From NCBI GenBank assembly GCA_026026165.1, contig JAPEUD010000011.1:248001-312000 (forward strand): DNA of 64,000 nucleotides, read 5' to 3'. The DNA is from Sarea resinae (Eukaryota). A model generated the notes under the pieces. That model did not search any database. It was not told where the DNA came from and saw only the letters and a program-made list of their open reading frames with translations. A program made the position numbers and the translations under genes. Shown one piece after another: positions 49,390 through 61,246 of this stretch (the stretch's first letter is position 1; the number at the start of each line of letters is the position of its first letter).

Positions 49390-51062
49390 ATGGAGTCTAT
49401 CATTGCCAACTTCAGAAGAGCTCAGATCGAAAGAAATGGGCCTCTTTTGTCGACCACGATCAGTCCAATTCCACCCGAGTCGGATCCCAAGGCCCTGTTT
49501 CATTTCTACCATAGCTCCAACTCTGCCAGCGTGGACGCTGACATTCGATATGCCGTCCTCTACGACCAGTCACCCGGCCTCCACATCACCAAGATTGAGC
49601 GCCAAGGCTGGGTTGATGTCTATGTTGCCTACTGGAAAGCCGTGGGCGAAATCCTAGCTGCGGAGAAGAGCGGCTCCAATGCCGAGTGGAGCAAGGTGTA
49701 TGGAGCGTGGAAAGATGTGTCGAATGCCATCATCCGGGGGTATCTGAGCCACAAGTTCCAGGCCTGGACCGTCCCTTGTCTTTACGTCGCCGGGAAATAT
49801 CTGAGAGTGTTTGCGATCAAGGCAGACGAGCAGGCCGGTAAGAAGGGGGCTATCAATTTCACTGCAGGATTTCAAGATGACATCGCGGGTGACTTTGGTA
49901 AGAATGAGAAGCTGGAAGACGCGGCTCGGGTCATCAACAGGATCTTCACGTCGTGCATTAGTGATAGGTATGTAGTAATTTATTGCTTTGATTCCACATT
50001 ATATTGACCGACCATTGCGTTATAGGGCTCCGGTAGAAGATTCGAGGAAATGGGGTCTCTACTATACTGCAAACCTTTTGTTCAAAACGTACTTTAAGGT
50101 ATCTACCCTTGTTACTAGTCAAGCTATCATCATGACCAAATTAATGACCGGCCTTTGTTAGCTAAACTCCATTGGTCTCTCCAAAAACATCCTCCGAGCC
50201 ATAGAAGCTTCAAAATCGGACATGCCAGAGCTTGAATACTTTCCCGCCGCACATATCGTGACATTCAAATATTACGTCGGAGTCATCCACTTCCTAGAAG
50301 AAGACTACGCCAAGGTAAGATTTTGGTTTCGGATTGGTCACGGCAAAATGCTCATCGTTCCATTCGCGTCCAGGCAGAAGAAAGCTTAACACAAGCATGG
50401 AAGCTGTGCCACAAAGACGCACGTAAAAATAAAGAGTAAGGCCAACCCCTCGTCCAAACCGATCAGGAGTTTTCGCCGTTGATCACGTCCTCCAGACTGA
50501 TACTCACCTACCTGATCCCCTGCCATCTACTCACAACGCACACCCTCCCGACCCAACATCTCCTTTCCCCGTATCCCCGCCTCCAGGCTCTCTTCGGGCC
50601 CCTAAGTCGTTGCATCAAACACGGCGACCTCGCAGGTTTTGACACTGCCCTCGCAGCCGGTGAAGATGAATTCGTAAAACGCCGCATCTACCTGACGCTC
50701 GAGCGCGGCCGAGACATCGCGCTTCGAAATCTGCTGCGGAAGGTGTTTCTCGCGGGAGGCTTTGACCCGCCCAAGGAGGGCGAGGCGCCTGTTCGGCGCA
50801 CGAGAGTTCCAGTTGCCGAGTTTGTGGCGGCCGTAAGGCTGGGGAGCAAGATCCCTAATGAAAAAATAGATACGGATGAGGTGGAGTGCTTGGTGGCCAA
50901 CCTGATCTATAAAGTGGGTTTACTTCCATCTGGTACTTGCTCGCTAGGGGAACTTTGGCTGATATTGTCCTTTAGAACTTGATGAAGGGGTACATAGCGC
51001 GCGAGCGCAGCATCGTCGTGCTGAGCAAGGGTGGCACCGCGTTTCCAGGGACAGGCGTCTAA
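49390..51062 (+). CDS. CSN12: PCI-domain protein Csn12 (PCID2/Thp1 family)
   Basis: [104 protein letters not shown]...FPGTGV*; several short introns. Confidence 0.9.
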
Positions 51063-52319
51063 AGTTCGATATCTACCGTCCATACCCCCTTTCGACATTT
51101 TTACCACTCGGACGAATGACGACGACTAACGCAAAAGAGGCCACTTGCATATTACAGCGTCTAAAGTGAATGCCCCTATTTCAGTTACTACAAAGCTCAA
51201 CTCTTACGCCCTACGCCCTCGGCGCCGACGTCCCTTCCGACAATTCGGCTACTTGCAGCACCAACACAGCGGCGCAAAGAATCCGTCCGAAACCCCAAAG
51301 TACGAGTCCGTACCACAACGGCAAACTGCTTGGCCCCATACATCGTCTAAACCCATAGAGCTTCAAATACCACTCACCCCATCCACTAGTCATAACCAAA
51401 GGGGAAGGAGGCGGAAAAAGCACGTCCCTTCTCGCACATTTGACATCCTGTCTACAGCCTCACTCACTCACACACGTCGTATATCCTCAGGTGCCTCAGG
51501 TTCTCTGCTGCTTGTTTGCGGGCGCGCACACCGTCTAGTGCTGGCAGCTACGCCGGCTTTCTACACTCTCCGTGGAATATCATGTTAGAAGCGGAGAAAG
51601 AAAAGAGAGGCAGGCGCTGGCTGCGTAGCGTAGCGTATCGTAGCGTAGCTAGATAGATGTATCGTTCTCCTCCCTTGGCTGGCTCGCTCCCGTCGGGGTA
51701 GCTGCCTTTAACACAGAGAGACACACATATCGTCTGGCGTCTCTCTTACTCGCACTGTACTTTCTCTTATATCAAAGTCTGGCATCAGAGTCCGGTGTCT
51801 ATCCTCAGGCTGGGCATAGGTCAATCAATCAATCAATCAATCAATTCGAACAACTGAGTTCATCATCCAGATGTCACAAATCAACTAGTGGCCTCATCAC
51901 CTAACATAAGAAGAGCACGTACGACAATACTCGGTTTTGCCATATCCCTAAACCGTACAATTCAGACAGAGAGAGAGAGAAAGAGAGAGAGACTAGTGCA
52001 CATGGCAATATTCATTGAAGGAATTGACGCACAGGATATCGCGGATTCGGCTGAGCTGATCCGATCTAGTCTGCATTGTCGAATCAAGAATACAAATAAA
52101 GAGTGCTAGGATGATCACATCACGTAACAGAGGCACAAGAGAGGGAGACAAGGTAGGTAGGCTGATGCGAGCGGTATAGCTAGATGGGAATAGAGATGAA
52201 AACGTACAGGCCGAGGTATTTGCAGCGACGGGGGGAATGAGGGATGGAGTGAGTGTGAAAGCGGATTGGATGTTAGACGTGAGGAAGGGGGCAAAGCGAT
52301 GAATGAATGAGTCAATCAA

Positions 52320-53413
52320 TCAATCAATCCATCTCTGTTCCTGTTTCCCGTAGCCGATAACGTGGAGATCGACGTTCAGGGAGCGGAGCATCATGTCCAT
52401 GGTGAAGGTCTTTGATGGCAGGCAAGGGCGCTCCGTCGTCAGCCAGGGGTTCAAAATGAGGGATGCAAGCAGGGAGAGGAATATGAGGCATTTGGGATGG
52501 GGGAAATCGTGGGGGAATGAATAGTGGGACTCACTTCTCCATCCTCCGCTTCGTCTTTAGCAACAGCTGCGGCGTCAACCCTCTCACATCCCTCGGGATC
52601 GACGTCGTATTCCGCACGCAGCCTCTCTTTCTCCAGCTCGGCCTCCTTGTTGCCGGCTCCACCCCCACCGCCAGTATCATCAAAGCCCCATCCCCCGCCA
52701 CCCCCTCCTCGCCCATTGTCCCCAAAGGGATCTCTCTTCCTGGCCTCCATCTCCCTCCAACCCCTCACGCCGCCCATCCCCTCCACCCTAGCCCTGACCC
52801 CAACAAACAATTCTTCCGCCGCTGCGCGACTGACGCCCTTCCACTTGTCAATCAGAGCCTCGAGGTCGCGGTCGCTGCCGGTAGTGTGGATCGCGAGGGC
52901 GCGCGCCAGGGTATCTGTTTCTGATTCGAGCGCGGAGAGCTCGGCGCTTCGCTCGGACTGCCGCTGACGAAGGGCGCTCATTTGGGGGTCCTGAGTCCGT
53001 TTTGGAGAGGATGAGGGCTGCTCGGCTTTGGAGCCGGTAAGGAGCGGGTGGGAACGAAGAGGAGAGGATCGGGACTGTGAGGCTTTCAGTGGTATTTTTG
53101 CAGCGGCGGTGCCCGTGGGCAGCGTGGAAGAAGTACGATTGTGGCTAGGATTATGGAATCTCGTGGGCGTGTTGGTGCTGATGGGTGGACGTCTCCCTTC
53201 AGCTCTTGATGCGCTCTTGGCCTCATTGACGACGGACTCATGGCCATGGCCTTCATCGTCGCCGGCTACTTTTTCTGTTTCGTCAATGGTAGAAAGCTTC
53301 TGGGTCTTGGATCCGGTAGCGCCAGGCGTCTTGAGTGGAGACTTGAAGGGCTTCGAGAGCGTCCGAGACGCGTCTTCTATGCGGCGCCGTTTGGATGCCG
53401 GTGTTGATGACAT
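52320..53413 (-). CDS. sfr1: Swi5-dependent recombination mediator Sfr1/Mei5
   Basis: KRRR...LSKPFKSPLK N-terminus; LEALIDKWKGVSRAAAEELF...RVEGMGGVRGW; intron 52534-52410; last exon TFTMDMMLRSLNVDLHVIGYGKQEQRWID*. Confidence 0.85.
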
Positions 53414-53876
53414 GATTTCATCTTCTTTCGCTTGCAGATGGACTTCTTGTGTCAGCTTCCGTGGAGGATTAGTTCTGGAGAATCAATCGGCTGGAGCTCT
53501 TCTCTGCAACCATTTGCATACCTACAACAGGCAGCTGAGTACAGGTTGACAGGTTACGTTACTGCGTCATCCGCTGGATGAGATGAAGTTGGCTCGGTAG
53601 GTAGGAGGAAGGTATATTCGAAATGACTGCACTCGCTTGTAAGAATTGACCTCCAAGATGCAACTACAAGAACAAGCATGTCGGGCGAGAGAGTCGTCTG
53701 ACTCTCATACTTCTGTCATTTACAGCGTTCCTTTCTGACTCTATCGCAATCGTCAATGGTTCCCACGCCAATAAGGCCCCAGTCCAATCCCCTAAGACTC
53801 CAGACGAATGCTATGCTGCTCGCTCGCTGTAGACTACAATACCGCCCCATCACATTCAGAAAGATATTACAGAGAA

Positions 53877-56706
53877 TCAATGTCCTATGCCGCCTGCAAC
53901 CCACTGATTAAAGTCAGGGTCTCCCGGTTGGGGGAAGAACCCCCGATCTGCTTCTGGTTGCTGCGGCACAGGAGCCGCGCCGGCGACCCCCGCTTCCCCT
54001 TGTGCCTGTTGCTGCTGCTGCTGCTGCTGGATCTGCACAGCTCGTCGATGCTGTAATTGTCGCTGCTGTCGATAATATAAGAGAAAGGCCAACGAGGCCG
54101 CTAACGCTATGATGATCAAACTCTCCAGCATGCCCTCATCGATTTCGTCCTCATAGTAATCATCGCCACCCGGCATTTTGCTGTGCGTTTTCGGGGTCGT
54201 GAGATCGTCGTCCTCGTCCACTGTATCGCGGTAATATGGATGTTCATCGTCATCTTCCAGGAAACTCTGGACCCACTCACTAAAGGACCAATCTTTCTTT
54301 GGCTCTGGATCATCAGAAAAGTCAGCAAAGAAAATATTCTCATCTACCTGTCATATCGACGGAATATATCAAATCTGGATGATGGATATGATGTATATAT
54401 ATGTGAGTCCTACCTGGCTCAGAGTGAATGGAATTGACTTGCCCATTCGTGATGGTATTCCAGAAACTACGCGCTCTCAGCTTGAGCAGACTCAATTTCA
54501 CCGGCAGGTAAGCCTCGGGACTCGATTCAAGCGCCTGGTCATAGAAGCGTTTGGCCAGGTGAAAGTCTTGTTCGACGCCAATACCGTTCTCGTGCATCCA
54601 GCCCAGATTCCACAGAGCTTGGGCGCTTTGTTGGAACTCTGCAGCGGACTGATAGCACACTGCAGCCTTGTCGTGGTCGGCATCGGCGCCGAATCCATCG
54701 AGATAATAGTCGCCCATTTTGACCATGGAATCAATATTCGACTGCTTTGCTGAGCGAGTCCAGTGAATCAACGCAAGTCCGGCGTTTCGAAGGAATGACG
54801 GTCGGCTCATTTTATCAAAGAGCTGGAGCCAGTCAATCGAAAAGTATGACTTGTGCTCGTCCAGGATGTAGGCCACGTTCGCTTGCGCCGCCTCATAACC
54901 CTGTTCGGCAGCCATCAGATAGAGTACCAATGCAGTTTGAGAGTCCCCGTCTTCGTAGGCTTCATTTGCTTCCACAAAGGAAGAATGGAGTGCCTCGGCC
55001 TTCTCGGCGACGATCTTGTAGTATGCTGCGGCCATGCCACAAGACCTGTCTTTTCCAAGTCCTTGGTTGATGATCTCTGCAAGATAGTAAAAGGCTTCGA
55101 TATGCCCATGCCGCGCAGCCAACTCAAAATACCGAATAGCAGCGGTGAGATCTCCCTGATCCAGAAACAGTGTGCCAAGTCGAACTTGTGCAGATGGAAA
55201 ATCCTGATCTGCAGCAGCCTTGAAGTAGTCCGCCGCCCTAACAGCATCCTTCGGAACACCGTGGCCCTCCAGATACATCAGGCCAATGCCGTATTGAGAT
55301 AGGGCATCGCCGTTTTCGATGCCTCGCCTGAACCATAACATAGCTTTCTCAAAGTTCTCTTCCACACCTTCGCCACGTAATGACATTCTTCCTATATACC
55401 CAGCAGCTTTGGAAGCGAGCTTGTCGGTCCCCGGAGCTACGCCGCTGATGGCCCGGCCATCTTTGCCCCAATATCTTTTCGTGACGCGGGTGAAATACTT
55501 CCTAGCCATTTTTAAATTGCGGGTCAAGGCTCGAGACCCTTCATAGTGAAGTCTTCCCAGAGCAAAAGTGGCTTTCAGGTCCCCTTTCCTGGACATGAGA
55601 TCGAGATACTCCAAGACGTCGTCGAGCGAAGCATGACTTTCCGAATTCGGCCCTCCATGTCTGGCGTTGATTCCGGAGCTACTGACACTTGCCCCTTCTC
55701 CGTAAGTACCCCCCTCATCATCCGACAGTCGATATGCCTCCTTCACTAGCGTCTGGCCACCAGGAGGACCAGACCGAGAGAATTGTATTGCTTTGTCGGC
55801 GACTTTCCTATAGTAGTTCACCGCTTCCTCACAATTCCTTGGCGTGGCTATACCGGTATGGTATCGAAATGCTAATGCCATTTGAGATCGAGTGTCCCCA
55901 TTGTGCGCCGCAAACGTGTAGTATAAATTCGCTCTTGCCTGGTCTCTCTCCACAGCTCCGCCGATTCCCGTAGCGTAGATGAATCCAACCATATGCTGAG
56001 CTGAGCCATTGCCGGTCAGTGCAGCGAACTCTTCATATCGTCGAAAGGCTTCGGGATAGTTTCGCGGATGAGTATAGTTTCCGAAAAAGTTCATCTCAGC
56101 TAAGAGCCATGCCGCATCATCGTATCCGTTCAAGTACGCCAGTTCCAAAAGTTCAACAGCTTCAGAAAGAGGTTGGCTCAGGGCTGGGCTGTCACCCGTG
56201 GTATCAGAGGGTTCCTGTTGCGACGGTCCATTCATGAAGAGCAAGGTGAAGAGCCTTTTTGAGTAATAAAAACTCGTCTGGAGAAATCCAGATGGATGCT
56301 CTGTGCGCGCGCGTCGTATTCGGTGAGGTTCGATCGCTCGAAGTATGGACACTGCTTTGTCCAAAGCTGCGGCACCTGCATCGAGGTTATTAGAAAAGAA
56401 ATGATGCGCTGGAGGACCGCCTTGGACCAACCTTGGCCATGTTCTTCATCGATTTTGGATGCGAATCTGATCGGTGGAGCACCCGGATGCCGCTCCTCAC
56501 CAGCAAAGTTGTCTTTGAGATGGCTTGCTTGACGCTGGCTGCGCTCCGAGTCTTGCTCTTCTTGCGCGAGGCCAAAGCAAGACAGAAGAACAAAGACTTG
56601 ACATTGATGAGTCGCGTCAGCTTCTCGGAAACTATCATCAGTAGAGTCGCAAGGTAGACTACTCACGGGCCAAGAACGCAAGGAACTGTGGAAACGGTGA
56701 CCTCAT
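53877..56706 (-). CDS. HRD3: ERAD SEL1-repeat protein Hrd3/Sel1L
   Basis: Signal-peptide exons from ATG 56706; many SEL1 repeats (AQHMVGFIYATGIG, SQYGIGLMYLEGHGV, SMVKMGDYYLDG, ALWNLGWMHENGIGVEQDFHLAKRFYD); C-terminal TM segment LIIIALAASLAFLLYY and WVAGGIGH*. Confidence 0.93.
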
Positions 56707-57270
56707 GGTGATGGAGCACGATGGTAGCAAAGGAGCTGTAGAATGGTAATCCTATGGCTCATGTTAAAATTGCATTTCGTACAGTCCTCACCGGGGCGCA
56801 AATCAGCAATGAATTTACGCGGATCTGGGCGTCATTCTCAGCAGCGGTCCGGGACGATATGGAAGAGAGTTGAATCGTTTTAAGAAGCCAACTACCTACT
56901 ATGTAACGACGCCCTGTACCAAGTACGGATTAGGTGTTCGCTACGGGAGCTCTCCCACCCCCACACCGAGCTCACCGAGCTCACCGAGCATAGCTGGAGA
57001 GAATGGCACGCGAGCTACAATAAGTACTACCAGCTTGAGTAAACAACTGAAGCTATCCGTTTCTTTCCATAGCTGATGATTTATCGACCTCCTTTCTTTC
57101 TCAATTTCGGAAAATCACATTCGTTACGGGGAAAATAGGACAGCGAATATTGAACAGGGAACATTGGATGAGTCTAGTTGACTGCTCCGAGTACCAAGCA
57201 GTTTTGTTACTCAAATACCCGCCCAGGAAGGTAGGAGTGAATAAGTGGTTCTTGACGAAAGCCGCTGCGC

Positions 57271-58661
57271 TCAGTAAGGCTTATATCTTCCCTCTTTACC
57301 CTTGGATTCCTTCTTTCTCTTGGACTTCTTAGCATCTGCACCTGCACCTGGTTCGTTCGTTGGTATTGCTTGAAGACATTGTGCAGATGTCCATATGCGT
57401 ACTTTCCCATCCTCGCCACCAGTATAAATTCTTTGTGCCTGCCAGACATCAGTACATAAGCCTTCGGGCGATGGATAGATACCTACTTCATCGTCTATAC
57501 ATATTGATCGTACGATCTCCTCTCCGTGGCCCCCTGGAAGTCTCAATGCTCCTCCAATTTCAGATTGCCATTCGCCATCTAGCTTGAGTGGTATCAGATC
57601 TATTCGTCTCTCACTAGCAGTCAATTAGCATACGCAACACAAAAAGCCTTTGTCTGATTATTTCTTACCTAGTGTTGCCCACTCCGACCACCGGACCTGA
57701 GCTGCTTGAGAGTACATTAACAGCGTATTGGCAGCTCCAAATGTCCCTGACGTCCCCAAATCTGATTGGTTGAGGCTCTTCAACGCTCTCATCTGGGCTT
57801 GCCACTTGGTACACGGAGAGATTTTCGTCATGGCTGAGGGCAAAGATGCTCGTGGAGCCCAGGAAGCCGGCATGGTGAATCGAAGACCCATGGTTGATGA
57901 CCTGATGTAGGGCCTCCTCCTCGTCTGAAATAGCAGAGTTGTAGACGTTCACAAGGCCATCGGTGCTACCGGAGAGGAAAAAGGTTGGATCGTTAGGATG
58001 AAAACGTAGCTGGATTGTCTTAGCATGAATTTTCACTGGAAGCGCAGCGCATACCTCGGTCACATCGTCATTATGACTCTCCACGTATTGTAGCTGCGGG
58101 GTAACACCTGCTCTGATATCCCTATGCTGTCAGTCAGTAGATCGTGGAATGAGATAATTCGACGCTAGGATCAGACAAGCAGCGCACCATAAAGCTGTTA
58201 TTGCTTGGGGCTCCTCTCGATTCTGAGGTGTCAGCTCCGTCCCAGCCACAATTGCATTCCTGCTGGACGAACAATCTAGTGATAGAATGGCTCCTTGCTT
58301 TTCTAAGGCGAGAGGATTAGCATAGCAATGCGTGCTTCTGTTTGAGATACTGGCGATTACGTTTAGTGAGCGTCGTCACGTTGGTGCTTGTCCTGGTGTC
58401 CCAGATGCGCACCAGTCCATCCCTTCCAGCAGTGACAAGACTGGTGCCAGAGGCATCTAGAGACCTCAAGCAAGTGACACCCTCGTTAATGTTTTGGTAT
58501 GTTCCTCCAGGGATGAGTTTCAGCGATTCGCGGTCGAAGAGTCTCAGTGAGTCGTCTGATGAAATCGCAGCTAAACCATTGAAGAAGGGAAGAACAGAGT
58601 ACACATAGGAACCTGCCGGGAGAGAAAGATCAGACTCTTCAAGTAATCTTAAGTCGATCAT
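57271..58661 (-). CDS. WD40-repeat protein, WDR89-like
   Basis: AAISSDDSLRLFD, VTAGRDGLVRIWD, AGTEL, YVESHNDDVTEL, LSGSTDGLVNVY, GGHGEEIVRS, TGGEDGKVRIW and C-terminal RYKPY*; multi-exon. Confidence 0.85.
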
Positions 58662-58964
58662 TGTGGTGCTGTTCTAGTTGGCAAATGGATTCTGGTCCTT
58701 CGGATTGACTATATCATGAGGGACGGGAACCTCCGTGAATATTTAATGCGCGATGATGCCCGGGCGCCCACGCAGAACTACATACAGTATACGGTATGAC
58801 GTCTAAAAAGCCGAGGGCTTGCTTGAATTCTGTGGTCTCAGTCAAAACATCTTCTATGCTACCCAGAGGTCCATCGTTCCCGTCCAGTCAAACTCCATGC
58901 TTTGCCACCGGATTGCGCCTTATCAAATACTCCTTGTAATACGAGATCTTGCATACCCCAAAGC

Positions 58965-60408
58965 TCACAAATATACCTTCCTTGCCTCTCGGGGATGGCT
59001 TTCTCCGGGGCAATACGGGCATTTGAAACGACTACCCTTACTCAATCTCATGAGAGATTCTTGTGCGACGACATGACCACAAGGCATCATCATGGGTGGA
59101 TTCTGATCGGTCGTCTGCTCTTTTGATACCGGGCAGACAAAGATCGAGTGGAAATGGTAAGATGGCGGAAGGGGAATCTCAACCTAGATGCTATCAGTGC
59201 CTGAGGATCAAAAGGATCCATTACACATACCGGCAGTTCATTCTGGGTGGTCCATTCCGTCTTCTTCTCCTTCATGATGTTCTGCAATTTGAGCAGCGTT
59301 GGCAGCGCTATTGCACCCGCTGTGGCTGCGATATAGAGGGGCGAATCGGCAGAAAGCCCCAGAAGTGAGCAGAACTCTCGGGTGAAAGAGTCTGCAACTT
59401 CGTCCCAAGCAGAATCATTGTAGAAGATTTTGCGATAAGGAGACTGTTCCAGATTAGGTTGGTATGCCAGAGCCGCCACTAACTGCTGGATCTCATGGAG
59501 ATATCTGCCTTGGAAGCCCTTGAATTCTCGTCGAGCATACTCAAGGGCTTTCTGGGGTCCCTCTTGCGGTGTTCCGTCGGGTCCGCCCAAGAATAACCAG
59601 ACAAATTGCAATCTCCCCAACTCAAACTCCAGATCGCTGCCCCTGTCCTCGAGGTCCCGGCTGTTCGCTCTTGCCCACTCGATGGCTGGTCGCAGATTGC
59701 GCTCATTCCTTAGCTCATGTAATGTGTGGTACATATCGGCGAACTTTTGCTGCAGAGATTCTGATCTCAGCGAGTCAATCCCAAGCTGATCTTGTGCGGA
59801 CGCCTTGGCGGAACCAGTGGGCGACTCGGCCTGAGGAGGGCTGGCGGCGATTTCGTTGAGAAAGGTTGACGCTACAGAGAATTGTCCTTCCCGGAGTAGA
59901 TGCATTGCAATGGCTCGATTGATCAGGGTAGGATGAGATGACAGAGCATCATATTCGGTCGTGGGTAATGGCTTGTCCTTGAATTTCTATATTGTGAGTG
60001 GCGTTAGTAGTCTATCACTATACAATTCTGCACGTCGAATAGATATACCTTGTCCAACGCTTTGCCGTATTTCCCTAAGCCAGAATAGATTTCCTTAAGA
60101 TCATCGTTGATTTTATCGAACGACTGCTTGGCTGGAGTCTGCAATTTCGCAAGTGTTATTGCACTCGGACCTGAGGAAGGAGAAGTTGTTAGTGCTGCCA
60201 GCGCTGAGGGGCATCATTGTCTGCTAAGTTTCATCATGCCGGAAACGGGAATCTGTGTGCATCTCGCGGTATTGGGCGTGAGCGTACCAGTTTCTAAAGA
60301 AGCTCGCGCATTCACCAGGAGATCAATCGTCTTCTGCACATCATCGATACCCTTCGACAGATTACTCCTCTTCGAAAGCCTTTCATGCTCCTTCTGGAGC
60401 ACATCCAT
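58965..60408 (-). CDS. RMD5: GID/CTLH complex RING subunit Rmd5/Gid2
   Basis: LisH ([18 protein letters not shown]), CTLH (AIEWA...[12 protein letters not shown]), CRA ([17 protein letters not shown]), WTTQNELP and [13 protein letters not shown]...CGHV...FKCPYCP...VYL*. Confidence 0.93.
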
Positions 60409-61246
60409 CTTGGGCCAGATTCACTGTGTGTTCAGGGAAGAGGAGGCGCCGTGTATTGGGAGACAAAGCAGGACAATTCCGTGAACCACACCAAAGAAGT
60501 GCCAGCCAATGCACAGACCGTTCACGATATTCAGAGTCTCTCTCTTTGTGACAATGGGATCTGCAGGTGTTTCTGCGAGGGAGTCTGGGCTGGATATGTA
60601 TGTAGGAGCTAAAGCCGGAGGCGCTCGAGGAATGGGATACAACTACAGTACAGGATCCCAGAGAGCACTATCGGAGACCGTGACCCGCGATAACTGACTG
60701 GAGCGAGCACGAGAGCTTGCCGGATGATGGTGGATGATCCAATGTATCTGATCCGGAGCATCGCGGGCGGTCTGTGACCTTTACGGGGGGCCACACCGCC
60801 GCCTTGTGCGGGACCAGGTGTACTACGCAGCACATACCACTTGGTACGGCTGTCCAGAAGCCCCGGGTATCATCATCCATCGTCCACAGTCAACACCCGA
60901 CTCCATTCCATTTCATTGTCAATCGAATTCCCCCTGCCCTTTACGTTTGCTCTAGCTTCACTCGCCTTTCATGATGGAACTGGCTGAAGCTTGTCGGCGT
61001 TGGAAGAGCAGCTGATTCCCCTCGCATCATCTCGCAATTTGGTCCGGCTGAGCAAGAAGTCGGTCTCTTGCGACGAGGTCTCCCAATGTTTCACATGCTA
61101 GGATGCTGGTAACCTCGCGTGGATTGGGGCATTCGACGCCGTAGAATCCAGCATAGATCAGAAGATTGATAGACTGTCCTTGTCTTGCGTGGTCATCGCA
61201 CGGGCCGATCAGGAAGATTAGCTATTTGGGAACTGTGGGCGCGGCA